The notes beneath the pieces are model-generated. The model was not told the origin of the DNA and searched no databases. It saw only the letters and a list, made by a program, of their open reading frames with translations. DNA of 64,000 nt from Nibricoccus sp. (GTDB lineage: Bacteria; Verrucomicrobiota; Verrucomicrobiia; Opitutales; Opitutaceae), in the NCBI GenBank assembly GCA_047602425.1, contig JASGHG010000001.1, positions 1,248,001 to 1,312,000 of the forward strand, read 5' to 3'. Shown here piece after piece: positions 28,562 to 38,320 of this stretch. A program made the translations under genes and the position numbers. How positions within the stretch are numbered: the first letter of the stretch is position 1; each line of letters begins with the position of its first letter.

Positions 28562-28933
28562 ATGGGCAAATCACCCAAAGCAAACCTCGAACGTATCACC
28601 ACCACCATCACCGCCTGACAAACTCACCGCGCTGCCAAGCAGTTCGCGAATATGACACTGGAGCAGTTTCGCGAAAAAATCGCGCCGAGCCTGACCGCAC
28701 GCACTACCATCGCCCGCCTTGAGAGCGAAACCACCGCGGCGGTCAGCCAGCGTGAAATCGCGGATATCGCGAGCCTCGATGTCATCGATGCCGTGGTAAA
28801 AGCCGTGGTCGCCGATCAGACTGAAGGCGAAGACGGCGAGTTCTACGAGGCCCTTGGCTACGTTCGCGAGAGCGAACGCAAGAGCGGCCTCCATCGCACA
28901 GCCAAGCCAGACAAAACCAAGCCAGCCGCCTAA
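28562..28933 (+). pseudogene. Small helical hypothetical protein gene interrupted by an in-frame TGA
   Basis: ATG 28562 reads MGKSPKANLERITTTITA*QTHRAAKQFANMTLEQF..., in frame with ORF 28652..28933; TGA at 28616-28618. Confidence 0.7.
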
Positions 28934-28988
28934 TTACGCTGCGTTGCAACCGGTAATCGCTGTTTACGGTTGCAACGTGCTTCACTTC

Positions 28989-29021
28989 CGGCCCGCGAAA
29001 CTAGCTGCGGGCCGTTTGTTT
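28989..29021 (+). terminator. Probable intrinsic terminator
   Basis: CGGCCCGC-n10-GCGGGCCG followed by TTTGTTT; preceded by an 11-bp-stem hairpin at 28942-28977. Confidence 0.6.
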
Positions 29022-29215
29022 GCCTCACCCCCGAAAGCGTCTTGAGGACAAGCCGCCCCACCTAAGGAGCCTCGGACTGAAATATGATTTTCACGCCCAA
29101 TCGCAGCACGCTCGACGGCCCATCGGAAAATTTCCGATAGACCGTCGCGAATACCACCGGGCAGCAGTTGAAGCCGTTCTTCGCAACCGCCTTCCTCGGG
29201 AGCGGTCTATGTCGC

Positions 29216-30505
29216 ATGTTTCCCCGCTTCCGGCTTAGGCGACGTTGGTTGGTTCCCCTCGGCATTGGCCTCGGCCTGCTCCTCGCCGTGATCGGGGCTA
29301 ATTTTGTTCGCAGCGAGAAAAAGATCCAGAATCTCGTCGAATCGCCGTATGGCACAGAAGATGGCCAGTTCATCCGCGCCATGAACACTCTGCTCGGACC
29401 GCCGCTCGTCGGCGGGAACACGGTGACCGAACTGGTCAATGGAGACCAAATCTTCCCCGCGATGCTCGAGGCCATCCGTGGCGCGCAAAAGACCGTCACG
29501 TTTGAAACATTCATCTACTGGTCGGGCCAAACCGGCCAGGAGTTCGCGGATGCGTTCACCGAGCGGGCTCGCGCCGGCGTGCATGTCCTTATTCTTTTAG
29601 ATTGGTTGGGCTCGGTTAAGATGGAGAGCCGTCTGCTCACCCAGATGGCCGAGGCAGGCTGTCAGATTGAACGCTATCACGCGCCGAAATGGTATCACCT
29701 GACGCGTCTCAACAACCGGACCCATCGAAAGACCCTCGTCGTCGACGGCAAAATCGGTTTTACCGGTGGCGTCGGGATCGGCGACGAATGGACCGGCAAT
29801 GCCCAGGACCCGCAACACTGGCGTGACACGCATTTCAAAGTCGTCGGCCCCGTTGTTGCGCAGATGCAGGCCGTATTCATGGTGAACTGGATCAAGGCGC
29901 GCGCGACGGTCGAACACACCATCGAGTACCTGCCGCCGCTCGAGCCCGCGGGAAATCAGTTCGCCCAGATTTTTCACAGCTCGCCTGACGAGGGCAGCGA
30001 AAACATCCGCCTCATGTACCTGCTCTCCATCGCCGCGGCTCGGCGTACCATTCTGTTGGAACAGGCTTATTTTGTCCCAGACGATTTGGTCGTTCGAATG
30101 CTCGTCGCAGCGGCGAAAAGAGGAGTGAGCATCGTCGTGATCGTTCCGGGGGAATATTCCGACACTCCGCACGTTCGCCAGGCCAGCCGTTCCCGCTGGG
30201 GCCCGTTGCTGGAAGCGGGCGTGCGCATCTTCGAATACCAGCCGACCAATCTTCATTCCAAGATCATGGTTGTGGACGGTGTTTGGTCGTCGGTTGGCTC
30301 TACCAATTTCGACAACCGCGCGTTCCGCATCAACGACGAGGCCAACCTCAATATCTACGACCGCGATTTCGCCGCTCAGATGGAACGCACCCTCGCGAAG
30401 GACCGTGCGGTCTCACGCGAAATCACCTACGCGGAATGGCAAAGCCTCCCGTGGTACGTCAGTCTCAACGATCGTTTCTGGGCTCTGTTCCGGCAACAGA
30501 TGTAG
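29216..30505 (+). CDS. cls: Cardiolipin synthase (phospholipase D family)
   Basis: Two HKD motifs: THRKTLVVDG and LHSKIMVVDG...GSTNFD; N-terminal TM. Confidence 0.9.
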   Translation: MFPRFRLRRRWLVPLGIGLGLLLAVIGANFVRSEKKIQNLVESPYGTEDGQFIRAMNTLLGPPLVGGNTVTELVNGDQIFPAMLEAIRGAQKTVTFETFIYWSGQTGQEFADAFTERARAGVHVLILLDWLGSVKMESRLLTQMAEAGCQIERYHAPKWYHLTRLNNRTHRKTLVVDGKIGFTGGVGIGDEWTGNAQDPQHWRDTHFKVVGPVVAQMQAVFMVNWIKARATVEHTIEYLPPLEPAGNQFAQIFHSSPDEGSENIRLMYLLSIAAARRTILLEQAYFVPDDLVVRMLVAAAKRGVSIVVIVPGEYSDTPHVRQASRSRWGPLLEAGVRIFEYQPTNLHSKIMVVDGVWSSVGSTNFDNRAFRINDEANLNIYDRDFAAQMERTLAKDRAVSREITYAEWQSLPWYVSLNDRFWALFRQQM

Positions 30506-30610
30506 CCCTCGCAAAAGCGTCGGCACCGGAGACAGGAGGATTTCCTGTTCGCCCGGTTCGTTTGAGAAAGTGCTGCAATCTTGTTTCCTGTACGATCCGC
30601 GCCTCAACAT

Positions 30611-31483
30611 TTGAAAACATCGACCGTCCTTCTTCTCACCTGCGTCGCCATGCTGGCATTCGCGGCCAATTCGGTTTTGTGCAGGCTGGCACTGGGCTCG
30701 GGGACGATCGATGCCGCAAGTTTCACCACGATCAGGCTGGGATCGGGAGCGCTCATGTTGGCGCTGCTCGCGCAAGGCAGGAGACGGGAGATCTTTTCGG
30801 GTCAACGCGGTTCATGGCGCTCGGCTGTCATGTTGTTCGTGTACGCCGCAGCCTTTTCTTTCGCTTACCGAAACCTTAGCGCAGGGACAGGCGCGCTCAT
30901 ACTCTTTGCCTCCGTGCAGCTCACGATGCTGCTCTTTGCCATTTTTTCCGGCGAGCGACCGGGCGCTGCCGAATGGTTCGGCCTGGCGCTGGCATTTGGC
31001 GGACTCGTTTACCTAGTCTTGCCCGGACTGAGTAGTCCGCCCGCCTTGAACGCCGGCCTGATGACTCTCGCCGGCGCCGCGTGGGGCATCTATTCGCTGC
31101 GCGGACGAGGCTCGGTCGATGCGCTCGGTGTGACGATCGGGAATTTCCTGCGCGCCGTGCCTTTTGCGCTTGTCGCCACCGTTGTGACGCTCAGCGACCG
31201 ACATGCAACCCAGCGAGGAGCGCTCCTTGCCATGCTGTCCGGTGCAATTATGTCCGGGCTTGGCTACGTGGTCTGGTATAGTGCGCTTCGTGGCCTCACC
31301 TCGACACGGGCAGCCTTGGTGCAATTGTCCGTACCTGTGATCGCGGCCTTGGGCGGCGTTGTGCTTCTTCACGAGAAAGTCACAACCCGGCTCGTCATTG
31401 CGTCGCTCCTCGTTCTCAGCGGAATCGCCCTGGCGGTTTGCACACGACCGGTTCGGCAGCCACCTTCGTCGGTTTCGCGATAG
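30611..31483 (+). CDS. DMT/EamA family transporter
   Basis: About 10 hydrophobic helices in two repeats; FAANSVLCRLAL; start codon uncertain (TTG 30611). Confidence 0.88.
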   Translation: MKTSTVLLLTCVAMLAFAANSVLCRLALGSGTIDAASFTTIRLGSGALMLALLAQGRRREIFSGQRGSWRSAVMLFVYAAAFSFAYRNLSAGTGALILFASVQLTMLLFAIFSGERPGAAEWFGLALAFGGLVYLVLPGLSSPPALNAGLMTLAGAAWGIYSLRGRGSVDALGVTIGNFLRAVPFALVATVVTLSDRHATQRGALLAMLSGAIMSGLGYVVWYSALRGLTSTRAALVQLSVPVIAALGGVVLLHEKVTTRLVIASLLVLSGIALAVCTRPVRQPPSSVSR

Positions 31484-31580
31484 TTGGCAGCAGGCATTTC
31501 GCAATCGATTCAACCGGGAGTTCGCTTCCGAACCATCGCTCGCCTTCCGCCCCAGTTCGTGTTTGTCTCAAGGCCTTGCC

Positions 31581-32666
31581 ATGAAAGCACTCTACACGGG
31601 CTCCTTCGATCCACTCACCAGAGGCCATATAGACATCATTCAGCGAGCCTGCGGTATTTTCCAAAAAATCACCATCGGCGTGGGCGACAATCCGACGAAG
31701 AAATACATGTTCGAACGCGATGAACGCGTTGCCCTCATCCGCGAAACACTCGATATCGCGGGCTTTTCCCAAGTCGAGGTCTGCACGGTCGACGGATTAA
31801 CCATCGATTTCGCAAAACTTCAGGGCTTCACCCATCTGATCAAGGGCGCGCGCAATGGGCAGGACTTCGACTACGAGCGCCTCTTGCACGACATTAGTCT
31901 TACCCAGCAGTTGGGCATCGAGACCGTGCTCCTTTTTGCCGATCCACGGTTGAACAATGTCAGTTCCTCCGCCGCGAAGGAACTCGCGCGCCATCAGGGA
32001 CTGATTCACGAATTTGTCCCGCTCAACGTCAAAGCCGCGATTGAGAAAAAACTCAGCCAAGTCATCGTCGGCGTCACCGGCACCATCGGCGCGGGAAAAT
32101 CCAGTTTGTGCAAAGCCCTCACCGGGCACTTCGCCAACGCACACCACGTCAACCTCGACTCGCTCGGACGCGAGGTCCTCGAAGGAACTACTCCTTTGAG
32201 CCAACAAACCCAGGCCCGCGTCGAAGCTCACTTCGGCACCCGCGACCGCAAGAAGCTCGGTCAAATTGTCTTCCAAAATGCCGAGGCGCTCAAACAGCTC
32301 AACGAACTCTGCCGCGATCCTTTGCTCACGCTCCTGCGACTGGACCTCGCGAAACGCCGCGGACTTATTTTCGTCGAAGGTGCATTACTGGCCGAATTAA
32401 ACTGGCTCCATCTTTGCAGCAACCGCGTGATCCTCGTCCGCGAACCCCAAGGCGCCGCTTACGTGCAACGCCTGCACGCCCGCGGGCTCAACCAGGAGCA
32501 AATCGCCACTCGCCGCGCCTCCCAATACACTTATGCCCGGAAGGAGGAGGTGATCCGCGACGCAATTCAACACGACGGTTTCGGGAAATTGATCATCCAT
32601 CAGTCGGACGATACCGGTTCAAAAGACTCCTCAACCGTCGCCGAGCTCCAAAGATCGTTCTTGTAG
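31581..32666 (+). CDS. coaD: Fused pantetheine-phosphate adenylyltransferase / dephospho-CoA kinase
   Basis: N-terminal YTGSFDPLTRGH, KGARNGQDFDYE, VSSSAAKEL; C-terminal GVTGTIGAGKS P-loop and DRKKLGQIVF..AEALKQLN. Confidence 0.88.
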   Translation: MKALYTGSFDPLTRGHIDIIQRACGIFQKITIGVGDNPTKKYMFERDERVALIRETLDIAGFSQVEVCTVDGLTIDFAKLQGFTHLIKGARNGQDFDYERLLHDISLTQQLGIETVLLFADPRLNNVSSSAAKELARHQGLIHEFVPLNVKAAIEKKLSQVIVGVTGTIGAGKSSLCKALTGHFANAHHVNLDSLGREVLEGTTPLSQQTQARVEAHFGTRDRKKLGQIVFQNAEALKQLNELCRDPLLTLLRLDLAKRRGLIFVEGALLAELNWLHLCSNRVILVREPQGAAYVQRLHARGLNQEQIATRRASQYTYARKEEVIRDAIQHDGFGKLIIHQSDDTGSKDSSTVAELQRSFL

Positions 32667-32732
32667 TGACGCTCGAGACAAAGTCCATCGTTCGCAACCA
32701 CCGTCAAGATCCTGGCCTGTTGAAATCCTCTC

Positions 32733-33107
32733 ATGCAACCCGCCTTCCGTCATCCGAATGTGGCCGCCGAATTTTTCACGCCTGAGCTTTGTCATATCAA
32801 CGAACTTTCAAACAGTACTAACGATCCCGCCCTGTCGATCGCACGCGCGCGTGTCGAGCCGGGTGTCACCACCCGCTGGCATCGCTTAAAGGATACCGCT
32901 GAGCGCTACGTGATCCTTGAAGGTCGCGGCCGCATGGAAGTCGGCGTACTACCGCCGCAGGAAGTTGGGCCCGGCGATGTCGTCCTTATTCCGCCCTTCA
33001 TCCGCCAGCGCATCGCGAACATCGGCGATACCGATCTCGTTTTTCTTGCGTTGTGCACCCCGCGCTTCCGGCCGGAGTGTTACGAAGACGTCGAGGCCCA
33101 GATTTGA
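32733..33107 (+). CDS. Cupin domain protein
   Basis: SIARARVEPGVTTRWH...ERYVILEGRG...GDVVLIPP. Confidence 0.88.
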   Translation: MQPAFRHPNVAAEFFTPELCHINELSNSTNDPALSIARARVEPGVTTRWHRLKDTAERYVILEGRGRMEVGVLPPQEVGPGDVVLIPPFIRQRIANIGDTDLVFLALCTPRFRPECYEDVEAQI

Positions 33108-33219
33108 GCGAGCCTGCTTTGACGAAACTGATTTTTGCAGGATCTCACCGAGGTGCGGCCTATGACTCCACCGTTCGGCGCAACTCCGTTGAGTTCCACG
33201 TTCGCTCAATGTCCATCGC

Positions 33220-34110
33220 TCACTTCAAGCTCTTCGCGGCGCTGCGCAGTTCCTCGATAAAAACTTTCAGCGGCTTGTCGTCGACCCGCTGCGCACGAAA
33301 CCCGGCGTAAATATCAATTGGCCGCGGAGCCGGCGCGATCGCGAGCAAACACGTCCGCTCTGGAAACAATCGTCCAATGCTCGTCGGCAGAAGCGCCACG
33401 CCGAGTCCCGCTTCCACCGCGGCCATCATGCTTTCGCCGCCGTCGTATTCGCCCGCGATTTTCGGGCGCAATCCGTTTTCCCGCAGCCAGCCACCAATCG
33501 CGTCCCAATATTCTGGATACTCGCCCCGGCGAAAGATGCAGAATTTTTCCCGACTCAGATCGGCGACGGCGATGCGCTTGCTTCTAGCGAGTGGGTGTTG
33601 CCGCCCCACCGCGAGACTGACCGCCGTCCGGGAGATCGGCGTCCACAGGAGTCCGCGCGTTTCGGCTTCGCGACGGATCGTGAGCGCGATGTCGAGTCGA
33701 TCGTCTTCCAGGCCGGCCAACATTTCCTTCGTCGAAAGATCGAACAACTCCACCTGCGCGTTCGGATGGGTCTGCGTGAAATTGTTCACCGCCGTCGCAA
33801 GAATTCCCGCCGCAAACGATGGCGCATACCCCACCCGCAACCGCAAACCGCCGCCAATCGCCTGTACTTGCTCAACCACTTGATCGGCGTGTGTCAGCAG
33901 TCCGCGCGCCTCGCGCAAAAGAATTTCGCCGGCAGGCGTCAACTTGATCGAGTGCGCTTGCCGCTCCAGCAGACATTGCCCGAACTCTTCCTCCAACGCC
34001 TTGATCTGCCGGCTCAAGGCCGGCTGCGTCAGAAAAATTTTTTGCGCAGCGCGGCTGATGTTGCCTTCTTCGGCCACGGCCACGAAGTAGCGCAATTGTC
34101 GGAGTTCCAT
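33220..34110 (-). CDS. LysR family transcriptional regulator
   Basis: MELRQLRYFVAVAEEGNISRAA..LTQPALSRQIKALEEE; divergent from pirin-wrbA. Confidence 0.95.
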   Translation of the reverse strand: MELRQLRYFVAVAEEGNISRAAQKIFLTQPALSRQIKALEEEFGQCLLERQAHSIKLTPAGEILLREARGLLTHADQVVEQVQAIGGGLRLRVGYAPSFAAGILATAVNNFTQTHPNAQVELFDLSTKEMLAGLEDDRLDIALTIRREAETRGLLWTPISRTAVSLAVGRQHPLARSKRIAVADLSREKFCIFRRGEYPEYWDAIGGWLRENGLRPKIAGEYDGGESMMAAVEAGLGVALLPTSIGRLFPERTCLLAIAPAPRPIDIYAGFRAQRVDDKPLKVFIEELRSAAKSLK

Positions 34111-34214
34111 GCGGCAACCGTAGGCATCGTTGGTTGGCGAGGCCAACTCAATTGCATGCTCAGGCCAATAACATGGCATTAGCCGACCGCAGGGTTCTCG
34201 GCTAGACTCGTGCC

Positions 34215-34934
34215 ATGAAAACAACGAACACTGCAAAGCTCACCATCCGCCGAGCCAACGAACGCGGCCACGCCAACCATGGCTGGCTCAATTCCTATCA
34301 CACGTTTTCCTTCGCCGACTATTACGATCCCGCCCACATGGGCTTCAGATCGCTGCGCGTGATTAACGACGACCGGGTTGCCGCTGGCAAAGGTTTCGGC
34401 GCGCATCCGCACCGTGACATGGAAATCTTCAGCTACGTCCTCGAAGGCGCCCTCGCCCATAAGGACAGCCTCGGCAATGGCAGTACGCTAAAACCCGGCC
34501 AGATTCAGCTCATGAGCGCAGGCAGCGGCGTCACTCACAGTGAATTCAATCCTTCTGCCAGCGAGCTCACCCACTTCCTGCAAATCTGGATCCAGCCCCG
34601 CGAACGCGGCCTGAAGCCCAGCTATACCGAGTGGCATCCCAAGACCGAACATGACACCACAGCCAAGGTGCTCGTGATCTCGCCCGATGGACGCGATGGC
34701 TCCGCCACCATCCATCAGGATGCAGACATCTACCGCCTGCGCCTGACGCCCGGCCAGTCCGTAACGCACGAACTCGCCGCCGGCCGTGGCGCGTGGCTGC
34801 ACGTCGCCGAGGGCGAACTGACTTTCAATGGCGAAAAGCTCTCGTCCGGCGATGCCGCCAGCACCGGAGACGCGGGACTTCTCTCCTTCACCGCGAGCAA
34901 GCCCACCGAGGCGCTGCTCTTTGACCTAAAATAA
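34215..34934 (+). CDS. Pirin family protein (YhhW-like)
   Basis: HTFSFADYYDP, HPHRDMEI, HKDSLG, MSAGSGVTHSE, LQIWI. Confidence 0.95.
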   Translation: MKTTNTAKLTIRRANERGHANHGWLNSYHTFSFADYYDPAHMGFRSLRVINDDRVAAGKGFGAHPHRDMEIFSYVLEGALAHKDSLGNGSTLKPGQIQLMSAGSGVTHSEFNPSASELTHFLQIWIQPRERGLKPSYTEWHPKTEHDTTAKVLVISPDGRDGSATIHQDADIYRLRLTPGQSVTHELAAGRGAWLHVAEGELTFNGEKLSSGDAASTGDAGLLSFTASKPTEALLFDLK

Positions 34935-34948
34935 ATAACCACAGAAAT

Positions 34949-35044
34949 TTTAACCACTGATAGACACTGATGAACTGATTCGAAGAACTCTCGAACCAAC
35001 TGAATCATCTCATCAGTGCCAATCAGTGAACATCAGTGGTTAAA
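34949..35044. repeat. Intergenic palindromic REP/MITE-like element
   Basis: 13-bp perfect inverted ends TTTAACCACTGAT / ATCAGTGGTTAAA; three ACTGAT units on the left arm and three ATCAGT units on the right. Confidence 0.75.
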
Positions 35045-35080
35045 TAATTCCTCCTCTCTTCTATACCAAAACTCACTCCC

Positions 35081-35680
35081 ATGACTAAAGTACTCGTCCT
35101 CTATTATTCCACCTACGGTCACGTTGAAACATTATCTTCGGCCATCGCCGAAGGCGCCCGCTCCGTCTCTGGTGTTGAAGTCACCGTCAAACGCGTGCCC
35201 GAGACCATGCCGCCCGAAGTGGCTAAACAATACGGCGCGAAGCTCGACCAAGCCGCGCCCGTGGCCGATCCAAAGGAAATCGGCAACTACGACGCCATCA
35301 TCTTCGGCACGCCAACGCGCTTCGGAAACATGGCCGCGCAGATGCGCAACTTTCTCGATCAAACCGGCAGCCTATGGGTAAAAGGCGCGCTCGTCGGCAA
35401 AGTCGGCAGCGTCTTTGTCAGCACCGGCACCGGTGGCGGCAACGAGAGCACAATCATGAGTTTTGTGAATACCCTCATGCACCAAGGCATGATCTACGTG
35501 GGTTTGCCTTACGCCGCGCCCGAACTCGCCGATATCACCGAAGTGAAAGGCGGCTCGCCTTGGGGCGCAGGAACGATCGCCGGCGCCGACGGCTCGCGCA
35601 AACCTTCCGCCAAGGAACTTTCCCTCGCCCGTTTCCAAGGCGCTCATGTCGCCAAGATCGCCGCAAAGTTGAGCAGTTGA
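35081..35680 (+). CDS. wrbA: NAD(P)H:quinone oxidoreductase WrbA
   Basis: [44 protein letters not shown]. Confidence 0.95.
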   Translation: MTKVLVLYYSTYGHVETLSSAIAEGARSVSGVEVTVKRVPETMPPEVAKQYGAKLDQAAPVADPKEIGNYDAIIFGTPTRFGNMAAQMRNFLDQTGSLWVKGALVGKVGSVFVSTGTGGGNESTIMSFVNTLMHQGMIYVGLPYAAPELADITEVKGGSPWGAGTIAGADGSRKPSAKELSLARFQGAHVAKIAAKLSS

Positions 35681-35791
35681 AACGCTCCATATCCGAAACC
35701 AAATGAGGTGCACTAACGCAAAGGCAGGGAACCACAGAAGCCATTCGTCCGTGGTTCTCCCAGAGCGCCGTCGCCTTATTCGCTCAATACC

Positions 35792-37225
35792 TCAGTGATG
35801 TTTTTCCAATGGAGTTAACACGACAGCCGAAGTCCCGTCCGAAAAAGCACCGATCCAAGCGACACTCTTTTCGTTGAGATCGAGCTGTCCAGAAAAGCGG
35901 GCGAGCATCCTGCCTTCGATCGTCTCACCCGAGCGTGCAACCAATCGCAGGTTGGACTCCGAGGTACCCACCCAAATGCCCATATTGTTGGTCGTGTCGA
36001 CGCCACCGACACCCAGAGTCAGCCGCGCAAGAATGGCTAGCGTTCCGTCTTTGGATATTTTGGCGTTTATAAAATCACTAAACGTCCCGGTGGTGCCGGG
36101 CGCCGCCGCTCCTTGCAAAGCCACGGTTATGGTTCGGTCGCGTTCTTTACGGAAGAGTCCACGTGGGTTGGCTCCCCCGGTGAGGTCCACATTGAAAACC
36201 ACCTGGCCTTGGTCATCGAGAAGTGTGGGCACGGCAAACCTGTCGCCGTAGTTGCCTCCTTTTGGCGCAGGTTGTCCGGTTAGAGCAACAATCGTCGTCT
36301 TTTTCCCATCACCCAGGAGCAGTCCCGACGGAACCGTTCCCCCAGTGATCAAACAGGGAACCACCACCTGTCCTTTATCGTTTAATATCGGCGTGCCAAA
36401 ATCGACAAACGTTCCGCCACCCGGCGCAGTCTGACCCGCCGCGAAGATCGTGGTGATTTCCCGCCCGTCGCCGCGGAAGACACCAAAGTCGGACGCTCCG
36501 CCTTCCATGCCCGCGAAGAATGCAACCTGCCCGCGCGAATTGATCGTCGTGTTCGCAAAAAACAGAACGGTTCCGCCCGTCGGCAAACCCGAATTGTCTC
36601 CAGCGATCTTTACCGTGCCGTTGCGATCCGTGCGAAACAGTCCCTGCGTATCGGCGCCTCCGATCAAGTTTGCGCTGTAGGCGACCGCACCGCGGGAATT
36701 GGCATCGAGCTCCCCGAGCGAGAGACTGCCGCCCCCCGGCGCAACCTGCCCGTCCTCGACAAGCAGCGACGCGTTGCTCCGGCGTACACCGAAAACCGCC
36801 GTGCTTTTTTCCGGATCGAACGGCGTCGCCGCGACAACGATTTCACGCTCGGCCGGGAACAGAGTGGAAATGAAGAAGCCCAAATTTCCCGCCGCAGGAT
36901 CAGGATTTCCGCCAAGCGCAACGACTGAAGTGGTTGCACCGTCTCCAAGAAAAACCCCCGAGTTGCTCGGACCGCGCAGGAAGGCGGCGAAGGCGACCTC
37001 GTCCCTCGCGGCGAAAGCGACTTGATGGAAGAAAAAATAATTTCCTCCCGCCGGCGCCGCGGTTCCCGTGGAGGCGATGACGGTGTGCCCGCATGGCTGC
37101 GGCGCAGCGACCGCCGTTGGCAGATAGGCGAGAGTTAGCGCCACGACTGCCCAAAACACGCGCAAGCTGGACGCAGTCTTACGAACGGCACGCGACAGGC
37201 AAACACCCGCGCGGAAGAGAAACAT
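35792..37225 (-). CDS. Secreted beta-propeller-like protein with NxxGxxAF-type tandem repeats
   Basis: Repeats of G..APGGG.F...(N/D)..GQVAF...G(V/L)F; signal-like N-terminus; start uncertain. Confidence 0.75.
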   Translation of the reverse strand: MFLFRAGVCLSRAVRKTASSLRVFWAVVALTLAYLPTAVAAPQPCGHTVIASTGTAAPAGGNYFFFHQVAFAARDEVAFAAFLRGPSNSGVFLGDGATTSVVALGGNPDPAAGNLGFFISTLFPAEREIVVAATPFDPEKSTAVFGVRRSNASLLVEDGQVAPGGGSLSLGELDANSRGAVAYSANLIGGADTQGLFRTDRNGTVKIAGDNSGLPTGGTVLFFANTTINSRGQVAFFAGMEGGASDFGVFRGDGREITTIFAAGQTAPGGGTFVDFGTPILNDKGQVVVPCLITGGTVPSGLLLGDGKKTTIVALTGQPAPKGGNYGDRFAVPTLLDDQGQVVFNVDLTGGANPRGLFRKERDRTITVALQGAAAPGTTGTFSDFINAKISKDGTLAILARLTLGVGGVDTTNNMGIWVGTSESNLRLVARSGETIEGRMLARFSGQLDLNEKSVAWIGAFSDGTSAVVLTPLEKHH

Positions 37226-37469
37226 GATGTGAACGTTCACGACAATTCCTTGTTTGAATGAATATTTTAACAACACCCTGCCCCGTCGGCCGGACAATCC
37301 GGTCCATAGGGTTTTGCGCGACCGTGCTCAACTCGCTCCCCAAATGAAATCTGTTTTTCGTAACAGGACTGTTAGGCATCCTATGGAACTGGCCTCATTA
37401 GTCCGGTGCCACTCGCCGGGTAAAACCCTATATGCGATGGTTCGGATTCGAGGTACTCTTGCTGCCAAG

Positions 37470-38195
37470 ATGTCCGATGCCCCTGCCACCGCTCCCGAGC
37501 CTGCGCCAAAATCGGTCGCTCCCGCGCCCAAGCCGGAGAAGGCGACGCCTCCCGCTCCCGCCGCGGCGAACACCAAGGCACCGGTTGCCGGTTTTGATGA
37601 TGAGGATGACGAACCATTGCCACGTGACAATAAACCGCCACGTCGGGCCGGACTGCCCATTGCCCTTGGCCTGCTCTCCCTTGTCCTGCTGATTGCGACG
37701 GTCAAAAATTGGAACAACGTAAAGGATCGGGATAAAACCATCACAGAGATCCAAAATCGGATGAATCAGGTTCAAAATGGCCGTGACCTTTTGCAGGCCC
37801 AAATAGATCGTGGCAAGGCGGACCTCGCCGAAACGCAGAAGCAGACAACCGAGGTCAAGACCCAGTCTACCGCGATGCAAGCCGAGTTGGACAAAGCCAA
37901 GGCCGAAGCCGTGAGGGTTCAAGCTCAGCTCAAACAAGAGCGGGAATTGTCCGCCGGTTTTCAGACACAGATGGAGGAGGCCAAGGTCGCCTCCATCAAA
38001 CGCCAGGGCGAAGTGGAAAATGCCCGCGCACAGAACGTCGTATTACAGACGCAGCTCAGCCAATCCGCCCACGAGAAAGCAGAACTTTCGCAACAGTTGA
38101 CCGAAACCAAGGCCCAGCTTGCCGATTCCCAGGCAAAGCTTGCCAAAGCGGAAAACGAATTAACCCAATTGCGGAAGCCGCCGCCAAAAAAATAA
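37470..38195 (+). CDS. Single-TM coiled-coil protein
   Basis: Pro/Ala-rich N-terminus, one TM, long Gln/Glu/Ala heptad region. Confidence 0.75.
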   Translation: MSDAPATAPEPAPKSVAPAPKPEKATPPAPAAANTKAPVAGFDDEDDEPLPRDNKPPRRAGLPIALGLLSLVLLIATVKNWNNVKDRDKTITEIQNRMNQVQNGRDLLQAQIDRGKADLAETQKQTTEVKTQSTAMQAELDKAKAEAVRVQAQLKQERELSAGFQTQMEEAKVASIKRQGEVENARAQNVVLQTQLSQSAHEKAELSQQLTETKAQLADSQAKLAKAENELTQLRKPPPKK

Positions 38196-38320
38196 CGTCG
38201 GCGCATATGGGTATCCGGCTGGCCCGAAAAGACACGAGCCCGGAAAAAAATCGCGCCCATGAGCTCCGAAGCCTGAAGCAATGGTTGATCCACTTCTGAC
38301 TTTTCTCACACTCGTGGGCC

